DNA of 64,000 nucleotides from NCBI GenBank assembly GCA_035569695.1, contig DATMMO010000182.1, positions 3,284 to 67,283 of the forward strand. Reading direction: 5' to 3'. The stretch is from Acidimicrobiales bacterium. GTDB lineage: Bacteria; Actinomycetota; Acidimicrobiia; Acidimicrobiales; RAAP-2. The position numbers were made by a program, and so were the translations under genes. This document shows positions 18,838 through 26,897 of this stretch, in pieces (position 1 is the first letter of the stretch; every line of letters begins with the position of its first letter). The notes below the pieces were generated by a model, which made no database searches, was not told where the DNA came from, and was given only the letters and a program-made list of their open reading frames with translations.

Positions 18838-19415
18838 CTCAGCTCCTTTCAGCTTCTCAACCTCACCTGCCCGGCAACAATCCTCCGAAATGATCCCAAA
18901 CGCAGCCCCACGGCTTGTATGTCGATTTCGCGTCAGCCGCTTCACGCCGACGGATCCGGTGTGCGGGCCGTCCACGAGCACACTCACTTGCCGACAAAGG
19001 ACGTGGGGAGACGCAGGCCACATATCCAATCGGTTCGATCCTTTCGCCCGACCGGCCGGACCACGGGATCCAAGCGGTCGACTTTGCGCCGTTATCCCTC
19101 AGCGCAAAGGTGGGGAACCCGGTATGTAGCCCGCTGGAGACAGCTTCCATTGCGCTCCTTTACCCTGATTTCACGATACGCCGGGAGGGTCGACGATGGA
19201 AGAGGGCCGGCGGAACTGACGCCCAGCCGAATGCTCAGCGTGGATGCCAAAGTTCGACCAAATACCGTCACACTGCAGCACAATGGTCGAAGTTCCTTCG
19301 GAGCGCGGACGAGGCTATCCGTAAAGTGCCGCTGACCAGGGGTCCGGCTGGCAGTCCTTGTGGAGGCCCTTTCAAACCGCACCCGTCAACAGAGGTGGGT
19401 ACTGGGCCTTCCATT

Positions 19416-21536
19416 TCACGATGAGCTAATGGCCACGATTGGGGCAGAAAGCTGGATACCCCCCATCGACCCAAAGAACCCTGCGTCCCCAAACTTGAAG
19501 ATTCCACCATCTGTCGCAACGAGCAGATAGCCATGACCATCGGGAGAGGCCAGCATTCCCTTGACGGGGGCGTTGAGCGGTATTCCTCCTTCTGATCCCC
19601 AGAACTGAGCATCGCCGAAAGAGAAGATTCCGCCATCGGAGGCGACCAACCAGTAGCCGCCACCATCGGGCGTGGATGCCATCCCCACAACGGGCTTGTT
19701 CAGCGGGGTGCCCCCCATCGATCCGTAGAACTGGGCGTCTCCGAAGGAGAAGATTCCACCGTCTGAAGCGACTTCCCAATACCCGCCACCGTCTGGAGTG
19801 GCGGCGATGCCGACTATGGGCTGGTTCAGCGGCATTCCGCCCATCGATCCGTAGAACTGGGCGTCTCCGAAGGAGAAGATTCCACCGTCTGATGCCACCA
19901 ACCAATACCCGTTGCCATCCTTGGTGCGCGTCATGCCGACGACGGGCTGGTTGAGATGTTGGCCGCCCATCGAACCGTAGAACTGGGCATCTCCAAGGGA
20001 GAAGACTCCCCCGTCAGCACCGGTCAGCCAAAGACCCTTGGCGTCAGATGTACTGGCCATCCCGACAATCAACCCATTGAGGGACGCGAGATTAGAGATG
20101 CTCGAAGTGTTTGCACCGATAGCCGCGGTACTCGGACTCCGTGCGAGCTGGAGGGGTGAGGCGTCACCGAAATTGTAGAGACTCCCGTCCGCCCCGGCCA
20201 ACCAGTAGCCGCTACCCGAAACGGGGGACTCAGAGACGATATCTACCAAACCAATCGGCCCGTTCCCATTGAAGTCGCCGCTACCTACGGCGTAGCAAAG
20301 GTCTCCTGCACAGGTTGCGCCGTTCAAGACGGTGAAGGGTCCTTGGTCCACGATTGGGCCTGGGACACCGCCGGAGAGCGACGTCACATAGGCATTTCCC
20401 GGTGACCCAGAATTGCTGAGGTGCCCGACGGTGTCACAGGTAATACCGTCGGGACAGGCTACGGCCACCGCGTTGTATGACTCCAGGCCATCGGCCGGGG
20501 CACCGTTCGAGTAGCCGCTACCTTGGATGAGTCGACCGGCACTCAACTGGCCTGCCGTCAATGGAAGGGTGGGGATCTGCATGGCCACGCCTTCTGACGA
20601 AGACGACGCGATATCGACCTGCCCTACCGCCGTGCAGGAGCTATTTGGGCACGTAACCCCCAACAGGCTCGTAGTGCCCGCTACCGGAATCTCCGCAACG
20701 CTGCTCATGACGGAATCCGTCGGAGCGGCATATTGGGGGGACCCGACGACACCTTGACTCTGACCAGAACTCCGTACATTTCCCACAGCAACGCAGGCTC
20801 CTGCATTGCAGGCGGCACCGTAGTAGGCCGTATTCGCCGATACGTTGCCCACAACGATGGATGTACCAGTCAGTTGCCAAAGAACCCCGTTCGATCCATC
20901 GGTTCCGGCAATCAGACAGTCAGTGGCGTTGCCAGTGCCCACGGTCGGACAGTCGACAGCATTGAACTGGCCAGTCGTACCGACTAGTGATTGTGCAAAG
21001 CCTTCGCCGTAGAACACATCGCTTGTTGTTGCCCCTGCTCCCGTGGCAATGCAGCCGCGGGAGCAGCTGATGGCGGTCATTCTGATCCCGGTGGCCAGTA
21101 CTTGAGGTAGGTCCATTGCACCGAGGTTGGTGAACGTGAGTACGAACCCTACGTCGTCTGCCAGCGTGTCCAGATTTGGGCTCGTCGACATCGTCCCGAC
21201 TGCATAACAAGTGCCATTGGCGACACAAGCTATTGCAGCCAACTGGGAGGATACATAGGGAAACGGCGTCGGAATGAATGCAAAATTCGAACCCGGATTG
21301 GTTGGATTGGGCTGGGCCGAAGCCGATGAGCCAGAACTGATTACGGTCGCCGTCACCGCCATTGTTGCGAAGAGGCCCGCGACGACAAGGCGAAACGTCC
21401 GGGGACGGGATGCCGAGTCTCCGCGAGCTGGCCTTGACTCGACGACCCGGCGTGCATGTCGTTGGCTAGTCGACCATCGGAAAGCCATTCCCAAGTTCGC
21501 TCTGTTTCCCCACTTGCAGTCCCCGAACCCTCGCAC
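19416..21536 (-). CDS. Secreted two-module repeat protein: an N-terminal Cys-pair repeat module and a C-terminal six-copy 42-aa repeat (beta-propeller-like)
   Basis: Signal-like FRLVVAGLFATMAVTATVISSGSSASA. Seven C-x(3-10)-C-x-[AT]-[VTA]-G units. Six GYWLVASDGGIFSFGDAQFYGSMGG..LN.P.VG units. G+C is visibly lower than the flanks. ATG 21488 is an alternative start. Confidence 0.75.
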   Translation of the reverse strand: MRGFGDCKWGNRANLGMAFRWSTSQRHARRVVESRPARGDSASRPRTFRLVVAGLFATMAVTATVISSGSSASAQPNPTNPGSNFAFIPTPFPYVSSQLAAIACVANGTCYAVGTMSTSPNLDTLADDVGFVLTFTNLGAMDLPQVLATGIRMTAISCSRGCIATGAGATTSDVFYGEGFAQSLVGTTGQFNAVDCPTVGTGNATDCLIAGTDGSNGVLWQLTGTSIVVGNVSANTAYYGAACNAGACVAVGNVRSSGQSQGVVGSPQYAAPTDSVMSSVAEIPVAGTTSLLGVTCPNSSCTAVGQVDIASSSSEGVAMQIPTLPLTAGQLSAGRLIQGSGYSNGAPADGLESYNAVAVACPDGITCDTVGHLSNSGSPGNAYVTSLSGGVPGPIVDQGPFTVLNGATCAGDLCYAVGSGDFNGNGPIGLVDIVSESPVSGSGYWLAGADGSLYNFGDASPLQLARSPSTAAIGANTSSISNLASLNGLIVGMASTSDAKGLWLTGADGGVFSLGDAQFYGSMGGQHLNQPVVGMTRTKDGNGYWLVASDGGIFSFGDAQFYGSMGGMPLNQPIVGIAATPDGGGYWEVASDGGIFSFGDAQFYGSMGGTPLNKPVVGMASTPDGGGYWLVASDGGIFSFGDAQFWGSEGGIPLNAPVKGMLASPDGHGYLLVATDGGIFKFGDAGFFGSMGGIQLSAPIVAISSS
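19419..20210 (-). repeat. In-frame tandem repeats of 126 bp (42 aa), six copies, with central copies near-identical at the DNA level
   Basis: For example ccatcgatccgtagaactgggcgtctccgaaggagaagattccaccgtctga occurs from 19715 and again from 19841, a 126-bp offset. Confidence 0.85.
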
Positions 21537-21834
21537 GCAGTGATCCTAGCCCGCCGCTAAATCGATCCCTCCTGCAACCGATGAAATCGTAACTGAGGTC
21601 TTCACCGCCGAAGCAGAGGATTGGAGGAACTCGCGAGCCAGCGGCCGAAAGCTCGACGAAGGTCGTGAGACTCCGGCACAAACCTTTGGGGCCCGGAGCG
21701 AACAAGGGTCGGCAAACCATCCTGGGAAAACGAAACGTCAGCACTGCCCTGAGACCGGGCAATTGCCAACCATAGGAACGATCAGCAAACCGTGCTCGCG
21801 ATTAGCGGATTTCCAGACGTAGCACGGATTCGAG

Positions 21835-21907
21835 CAGTCCCAACGGGATTCGAACCCGTGTCTCCACCTTGAGAGGGTGATGTCCTAGGCCTCTAGACGA
21901 TGGGACC
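21835..21907 (-). tRNA. tRNA-Glu (anticodon CTC), CCA not encoded
   Basis: Manual cloverleaf fold. Acceptor GGTCCCA/TGGGACT, anticodon stem TCACC/GGTGG, loop CTCTCAA, T-arm ACGGG-TTCGAAT-CCCGT. Resembles E. coli tRNA-Glu (GTCTAGAGGCC.AGGAC). Ends are +/-2 nt. Confidence 0.85.
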
Positions 21908-21942
21908 AAGTGATGACGCCCCGGTAAGGGGAGCCATCTCCG

Positions 21943-22015
21943 CTCGGGGGGGAGGGCTCGAACCTCCAACCTCATGAACCAGAATCATGCGCGCTGCCAG
22001 TTGCGCCACCCCCGA
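21943..22015 (-). tRNA. tRNA-Gln (anticodon CTG), CCA not encoded
   Basis: Manual cloverleaf fold, 73 nt. Acceptor TCGGGGG/CCCCCGA (U1-A72), D-arm GCGC-AACTGGCA-GCGC, anticodon stem CATGA/TCATG with loop TTCTGGT, T-arm GGAGG-TTCGAGC-CCTCC. Confidence 0.9.
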
Positions 22016-22108
22016 TTGGGCGAACGGCCAATTTAGCCGACGCGGCGGGTGTCCGGCACCGGCGGCCTCGGGCATCGCGGCGGTGGGATAGGGGTGAGGG
22101 GACCGGTC

Positions 22109-22756
22109 TCACCCCAGCGAGCTGTGCACCGAGCTCAGGTGGTTGAACCCGATGATCCGACCGAGACCCACGCCCACGGCCTCTTTCAGGTAGTACGGCA
22201 CCGTCGACCACCCCTTGATCGGTGATGTCGTGGTGGGCGTGGGATAGCCGGTCAGCCCCACCGACGTGGCTATGGCCAGGCTCCGGTCCTCATGGAACCG
22301 GTCGGTGACCACCAGGACCTGGCGGTCGCCCCGCTCCAGCAGCACCCCTGCGGCCAGGGATAGGTTCTCCCAGGAGTCCCGCCCGCCCACTTGGACGATA
22401 TCGGCGGCCGGAACACCCCTCGTCTCCAGGTACCGGGCCGAGGCCTCGGCCTCGGTAAAGGTGTCGCCTGATTCCTTGTAGCCGGTCACCACCACCAGGG
22501 GGGCCAGATGATCTCGCCACAGCAGCTCGGCCTCGTTCAGTCGAGCGGCGAGATCGGGCGATGGCACCCCGTTGTACTGGGCCGCCCCCATGACCACGAT
22601 GGCCTGAGCCGGTCGAGGATCGGAGTGACGCCCGGTCAGCCACACCTGGACCAGGGTCACGCCCAGATAGACAGCGATCCCCACCACCACCAACAGAACC
22701 AGTCGGATGATCTTTCCCAGCAGGCTGATCCCGGTCAGCGTGGCCAGAAGACCCAC
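22109..22756 (-). CDS. YdcF/ElyC (DUF218) family protein with an N-terminal TM anchor
   Basis: LLVVVGIAVYLGVTLVQVWL anchor. AIVVMGAAQYNGVPSPDLAARL...VVVTGY... is a DUF218-like core. Confidence 0.75.
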   Translation of the reverse strand: MGLLATLTGISLLGKIIRLVLLVVVGIAVYLGVTLVQVWLTGRHSDPRPAQAIVVMGAAQYNGVPSPDLAARLNEAELLWRDHLAPLVVVTGYKESGDTFTEAEASARYLETRGVPAADIVQVGGRDSWENLSLAAGVLLERGDRQVLVVTDRFHEDRSLAIATSVGLTGYPTPTTTSPIKGWSTVPYYLKEAVGVGLGRIIGFNHLSSVHSSLG

Positions 22757-22759
22757 GTC

Positions 22760-24241
22760 TTACGAGGGCGCCGGCAAACGCTCTAGGGCTGAACGCAGCC
22801 GGGCCAGGACCCGGTCCGGTCCCAGCACCACCATGGCGTCGAACAGCGGCGGTCCCACCCGACGGCCGGTCACCGCCACCCGGATCGGGGCTTGGGCCTT
22901 GCCCAACTTCCGCCCGAACTGCTCGCCGACAGCCAGGGTGGCCTGATGCAGGGCGTCGACCGTCCACCCTTCCCCGTCCCCTGCCGCCAATCGCTCATAG
23001 GCGGGGATGGCCGCGGCCAGAATGGCGGTCCCGACCTCGTCCCCGAACGCCTTGTCCCACGCATCGGGGTCGATGGCCGGCTCGTCCACGAAGAAGAAAT
23101 CGACCATATCCGCCACTTCGGACAAGAGGGCCACGCGCTCTTGGACCAGCGGAGCCATCTGGGCGAACATCGCCTCGTCGAACGAGTCGGCCGGCCACGG
23201 AGCCTCCGCCCCGGTCAACCAGGGCTGAGCCGCCTCGATGAAGGCGTCCACCGAGAGGGCCCGGATGTACTCCCCGTTCATGTGCTTCAACTTGTCCACG
23301 TCGAAGAAGGCGGGCGAGTGGTTGACGTGCTCCAGCCGGAACTCCGACACCAGCTGGTCCACATCGAAGATCTCCTCGCCCCCCGGTGGCGCCCAACCCA
23401 ACAGGGCCAGGTAGTTGACGAAGGCAGCGGGAAGATAGCCCTGGTCCCGGTAGGACTCGACGGCGACCGAGTCGCGCCGCTTGGACAGCTTCTTCCGCTG
23501 GGCATTGACCAACAATGGCAGGTGGGCGAACACCGGGAGCCCGAGCGTGGGACTGGGGGCGCCGGCCACCACACCGTCGGTCTGCCAGCCTGACGAGGCC
23601 AATGCCCCCCACAACAACAGCCCCTTGGGCGTGGTGGGCAGTAGGTCCTCACCCCGGATGACGTGGGTGATGGCCATGTCGATGTCATCGACCACGTTGG
23701 CCAGGACGAAGAGGGGCTGGCCGTTCGACTTCACCGCCACGAAGTCCTCCATGGCCGAGTGGGGGAACTCGACGTCCCCCCGGATCACGTCGACGACGAT
23801 GGTCGAACCGGCGTCGGGTGTCCGATAGCGAAGGGCCCGCCCCTCGCCCCGCCCTAGCCCCCGGTCCCGGCAGAACCCGTCATAGCCGGGGATGGTGTTC
23901 CCCTTGGTCCGGGCGTCGACCACCTCTCGGGTGCAATCGCAGGCGTAGAGATGACCGCCCTCCCACAGGGTGTCCACGGCCAGGTCGTAGCGGCGGCGGC
24001 GCTCCGACTGGCGATAGGGGCCCTCGTCGGCGTCCATGCCCAGCCAGTGGAGGGAGGTCAGGATGCCGTCGACCCACTCCTCGCGGTTGCGCTCGGTATC
24101 GGTGTCTTCGATCCTCAGGACGAAGGTGCCGCCCGACTGGCGGGCCACCAGCCAATTGAACAGTGCCGCCCGGGCACTGCCAACGTGGAGGAAGCCGGTG
24201 GGCGACGGGGCGAAGCGGACTCTCGGGCTGTCCCCGGGCAC
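22760..24241 (-). CDS. gltX: Glutamate--tRNA ligase
   Basis: RFAPSPTGFLHVGSARAALFNW (HIGH region), LRIEDTD, KLSKR (KMSKS). Confidence 0.95.
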   Translation of the reverse strand: MPGDSPRVRFAPSPTGFLHVGSARAALFNWLVARQSGGTFVLRIEDTDTERNREEWVDGILTSLHWLGMDADEGPYRQSERRRRYDLAVDTLWEGGHLYACDCTREVVDARTKGNTIPGYDGFCRDRGLGRGEGRALRYRTPDAGSTIVVDVIRGDVEFPHSAMEDFVAVKSNGQPLFVLANVVDDIDMAITHVIRGEDLLPTTPKGLLLWGALASSGWQTDGVVAGAPSPTLGLPVFAHLPLLVNAQRKKLSKRRDSVAVESYRDQGYLPAAFVNYLALLGWAPPGGEEIFDVDQLVSEFRLEHVNHSPAFFDVDKLKHMNGEYIRALSVDAFIEAAQPWLTGAEAPWPADSFDEAMFAQMAPLVQERVALLSEVADMVDFFFVDEPAIDPDAWDKAFGDEVGTAILAAAIPAYERLAAGDGEGWTVDALHQATLAVGEQFGRKLGKAQAPIRVAVTGRRVGPPLFDAMVVLGPDRVLARLRSALERLPAPS

Positions 24242-24249
24242 GCCGGGGG

Positions 24250-24447
24250 CTACTCGTCCTCGACGATGGTGATGGCTCCGGTGGGGCAGCCGTTGGCTGC
24301 CTGGCGCACCTTCTCCCGCAGCTCTTCGCCGGGATGCTCATCGAGCACGTAGAGGAACCCGTCGTCACGGACCTCGAATACCTCCGGAGCAATTCCCATG
24401 CAAACGGCGTTGCTGGCACACTCGTCGTAGTCGACGACGATCTTCAT
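24250..24447 (-). CDS. Small ferredoxin (single-cluster, 3Fe-4S/4Fe-4S type)
   Basis: 65 aa. DYDECASNAVCMGIAPEVF...CPTGAI cluster-ligand pattern. Confidence 0.85.
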   Translation of the reverse strand: MKIVVDYDECASNAVCMGIAPEVFEVRDDGFLYVLDEHPGEELREKVRQAANGCPTGAITIVEDE

Positions 24448-24594
24448 GTGACCTCCGGTGTCTCGGCGAACGCGACGCAGCTTACCGGCCGGCGCCGCGG
24501 CGATCTGCTCAAGTCAGGGCTTGTTGCTGCTCACGACGTCACGACAACACGCCGCCGGAGGCATTCCTGGTCGTGGGCCGAACGGGCGGGGCCT

Positions 24595-25539
24595 CTAGGA
24601 CCGGTCGAGCAGCCGGCGAGCGGCCGCCCCGGCCCGGGCCCCATAGGAGGGGCCGAACAAGGCGGCGTGCACCAGGAGCGGGTGGAGCTGATGGAGGGCC
24701 ACCCGGTCCTGATGGCCTGGAGCCAGGGCCCACTCCTCGTTGTAGGCACCGAGGATCCGGTCGAGATGGGGGGCGCCGAACAGGGCCAGCATGGCCAGAT
24801 CGGTTTCCCGGTGGCCGCCGTGGGCCGCCGGATCGACCAGCCACACCCGGCCCTCCGCCCCCCACACCAGGTTCCCGGCCCACAGGTCTCCGTGGACGCG
24901 GGCCGGATCCTCGTCCGGACCGGCCAGTTCGGCGATGCGGTCGATGACCTGCTCCACGGCCCGACGGTCACCCTCGGCGATGGACCCGGCGTCGACGGCC
25001 AGCCGGAGGAAGGGGGCGACCCGGCGGGCACTATAGAAGGAGCCCCACCGATGCACGGCTCCCGGCTCCACCGGCCGGTTGTCGAGGGCCAGCGGTCCGA
25101 TGGCCCCGGCCCACGAGGCGCCGAAGTTCGGCGCACCGCAGCGATGGGTGCGAGCCAGCTCCCGACCGAACCGCTCGGCCGCCGCCGCCGTCGGGCCACC
25201 GGGCTCGATCCACTGCAGCACCAACCGGGCCTCGGTCGACTCGACCACCTCGGGCACCGGGGCGCCGCCTTCGGCCACTGCCTCGTCGAGCCATCGCAAC
25301 CCACTCGCCTCGGCGGTGAGCACGACGTCCCACCCGGCCCGGATGGCCGGGTCGCCGGCAGCCGTCCGCCGCTCGCCCCCACCGAGAGCTCGGCGCCGCT
25401 CCTTGGCGAACAACACGGTGCCGTCGGCCAATGTGAGCCGGGTGGCAGTGCACGTGTCCCCGCCGGCCACCGGAGCCGAGCTCACCACGTCGAGGGGCGG
25501 AGACCCAGACCCTTCCTCCGACACGCCTTGATCCGACAC
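24595..25539 (-). CDS. Fructosamine/ketosamine kinase family protein
   Basis: VHGDLWAGNLVW...VDPAAHGGHRETDLAML motif typical of the FN3K family. Confidence 0.8.
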   Translation of the reverse strand: MSDQGVSEEGSGSPPLDVVSSAPVAGGDTCTATRLTLADGTVLFAKERRRALGGGERRTAAGDPAIRAGWDVVLTAEASGLRWLDEAVAEGGAPVPEVVESTEARLVLQWIEPGGPTAAAAERFGRELARTHRCGAPNFGASWAGAIGPLALDNRPVEPGAVHRWGSFYSARRVAPFLRLAVDAGSIAEGDRRAVEQVIDRIAELAGPDEDPARVHGDLWAGNLVWGAEGRVWLVDPAAHGGHRETDLAMLALFGAPHLDRILGAYNEEWALAPGHQDRVALHQLHPLLVHAALFGPSYGARAGAAARRLLDRS

Positions 25540-25543
25540 GGCC

Positions 25544-26311
25544 TCAGATCATCAGCGGGGGGTGATCGCCTCCACCGTGGACGACCAGGTTGCTTCCCGT
25601 AATGAACGTGGCCTGGTCTGAGGCCAGGAAGAGACAGGCCTTGGCCACATCGTCGGGGTTGCCCATGCGTCCGAGGGGGACGGTGGCCCGGACGGCGTCG
25701 AAGTAGGAGTCACCGCCGAACTTCTCATGGAGCTCCTCTGTCTCGAGGGCGCCGGCGGTCACGCAGTTGATCCGCACCTTGGGGGCGAACTCCATGGCCA
25801 GGCTCTCGGTCAGGTTCAAGAGCCCCGCCTTGGCCGCGCCGTAGGCCGCGGTGGTGGGAGAGGGCCGCATGCCGCACAACGACGAGATGTTCAGCACCAA
25901 ACCCCCGTCGGGTTGGTCCTGCATGACCCGGTTGGCCTCCTGGGTCACGAACAGGGGGGCCAGAAGGTTCAGGGCGATGACGGAGGTGGAGAAGCGGGGC
26001 GACGCCGTCGCCGAGTTGATCGGCGGCGCGCCGCCGGCGTTGTTGATCACCACGTCCAGGTGGCCGAAGTGCTCGACCACGGCGTCGATGATGGCCGTGA
26101 CCTCGTCGAACTGGCGGAGGTCACCGCCCACAAAGAACGGCTCCCGCCCTCCGGCGGAGGGCAGCACGTCGGGCTGCTTGCGGGCGCAGATGGCCACGTC
26201 GGCGCCGGCTTCCAGAAATGCCTCGGTCAGGGTGGCGCCCAGGCCGCGGCTTCCCCCCGTCACCAGGACGACGTGGCCGGACAGGTCGGGACGCTCGGTC
26301 ATGGCCGTCAA
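25544..26311 (-). CDS. SDR family oxidoreductase
   Basis: VLVTGGSRGLG, NNAG, YGAAK. Confidence 0.85.
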   Translation of the reverse strand: MTAMTERPDLSGHVVLVTGGSRGLGATLTEAFLEAGADVAICARKQPDVLPSAGGREPFFVGGDLRQFDEVTAIIDAVVEHFGHLDVVINNAGGAPPINSATASPRFSTSVIALNLLAPLFVTQEANRVMQDQPDGGLVLNISSLCGMRPSPTTAAYGAAKAGLLNLTESLAMEFAPKVRINCVTAGALETEELHEKFGGDSYFDAVRATVPLGRMGNPDDVAKACLFLASDQATFITGSNLVVHGGGDHPPLMI

Positions 26312-26345
26312 TCTATCCGCCGGGCCTCGCCGGGCCGGTTGTCGG

Positions 26346-26897
26346 TCAGGCCTGGCCGTCGTCGATCCGCGACACCAGCTCCAGCACCAGGCCCCGGCAT
26401 CCGGCCTCGATCAGGGTAAGGCATTCCTCGAAGTCGGCCGCTTCGCCGTAATAGGGGTCGGGCACATCCACCGCACCGCCCGCTCCCCGATCGTAGGAAC
26501 GGAGCAGGACCAGGCGGTCGTCCATGGGTCGCCCCACGGCCAGGCTGCGGAGGGTCTGCTGATGCCGTCGGGCCAGGCACACGATCAAATCCTCATGATC
26601 GAACCAGGACACGGCGAACTGGCGGGCGATATGCCCGTGATCCTGGTAGCCGTGCTCCTCGAGCACGGCGGCGGCACGGGGGTCCATGGGCTCGCCTGCA
26701 TGCCACGGCCCGGTCCCCGCGCTCGAGATCCGGAGGTGATCGGCCAGCAACGAACCATCGGCCACCACCGTCTCGCCGGCCATCCGGCCCAGCACCACGT
26801 CGGCCAGGGGCGACCGGCAGATGTTGCCGGTGCACACGAAGCAAATGGACAGGGCTGGGGCCACTGTCGTCTCCTCGGGATCGGCGGCCTCCGTCAC
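26346..26897 (-). CDS. Low-molecular-weight protein-tyrosine phosphatase
   Basis: CFVCTGNICRSP P-loop (CX5RS) and DVPDPYYG. ATGA overlap with the upstream ABC1 gene stop. Confidence 0.85.
   Translation of the reverse strand: MTEAADPEETTVAPALSICFVCTGNICRSPLADVVLGRMAGETVVADGSLLADHLRISSAGTGPWHAGEPMDPRAAAVLEEHGYQDHGHIARQFAVSWFDHEDLIVCLARRHQQTLRSLAVGRPMDDRLVLLRSYDRGAGGAVDVPDPYYGEAADFEECLTLIEAGCRGLVLELVSRIDDGQA

Noticed and set aside
17401-19335. Very long ORFs antisense to well-supported genes. Examples are 17401-19335 (644 aa), 43665-45170 (501 aa), 46073-47560 (495 aa), 26939-28453 (504 aa), 58862-60106 (414 aa), 24163-25602 (479 aa) and 10782-11651.
   Set aside because: None shows a recognisable motif. 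All have the Arg/Gly/His/Pro-rich composition of the reverse frames of GC-rich genes. The opposite strand carries unambiguous family signatures (YdeP, HyuA, HyuB, ABC1, P450, FN3K, DUF2254).
18838-19415. Possible riboswitch (for example a Moco RNA) or tRNA-like element upstream of the YdeP-type molybdoenzyme. The region includes a perfect 8-bp-stem hairpin (CTTTGCGC-N12-GCGCAAAG, 19082-19109) and a GGTTCGATCC T-loop-like string at 19032-19041.
   Set aside because: I cannot recognise the conserved Moco-motif elements by eye. The T-loop-like string has no complementary T-stem or acceptor, so no cloverleaf can form. The hairpin lacks a U-tract and could be anything. A covariance-model (Rfam/Infernal) scan would be needed to settle this.
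19419-20210. Regularly spaced repeats that could be mistaken for a CRISPR array
   Set aside because: The period is 126 bp, in frame within a long ORF, and the stretches between conserved cores are also conserved. This is a protein repeat. No CRISPR-like array or cas gene was seen anywhere in the window.
21893-22211. ORFs 21893-22075 and 21972-22211 on the minus strand
   Set aside because: They overlap the tRNA-Gln and tRNA-Glu genes and the tRNA spacer, and are explained by those RNA genes.
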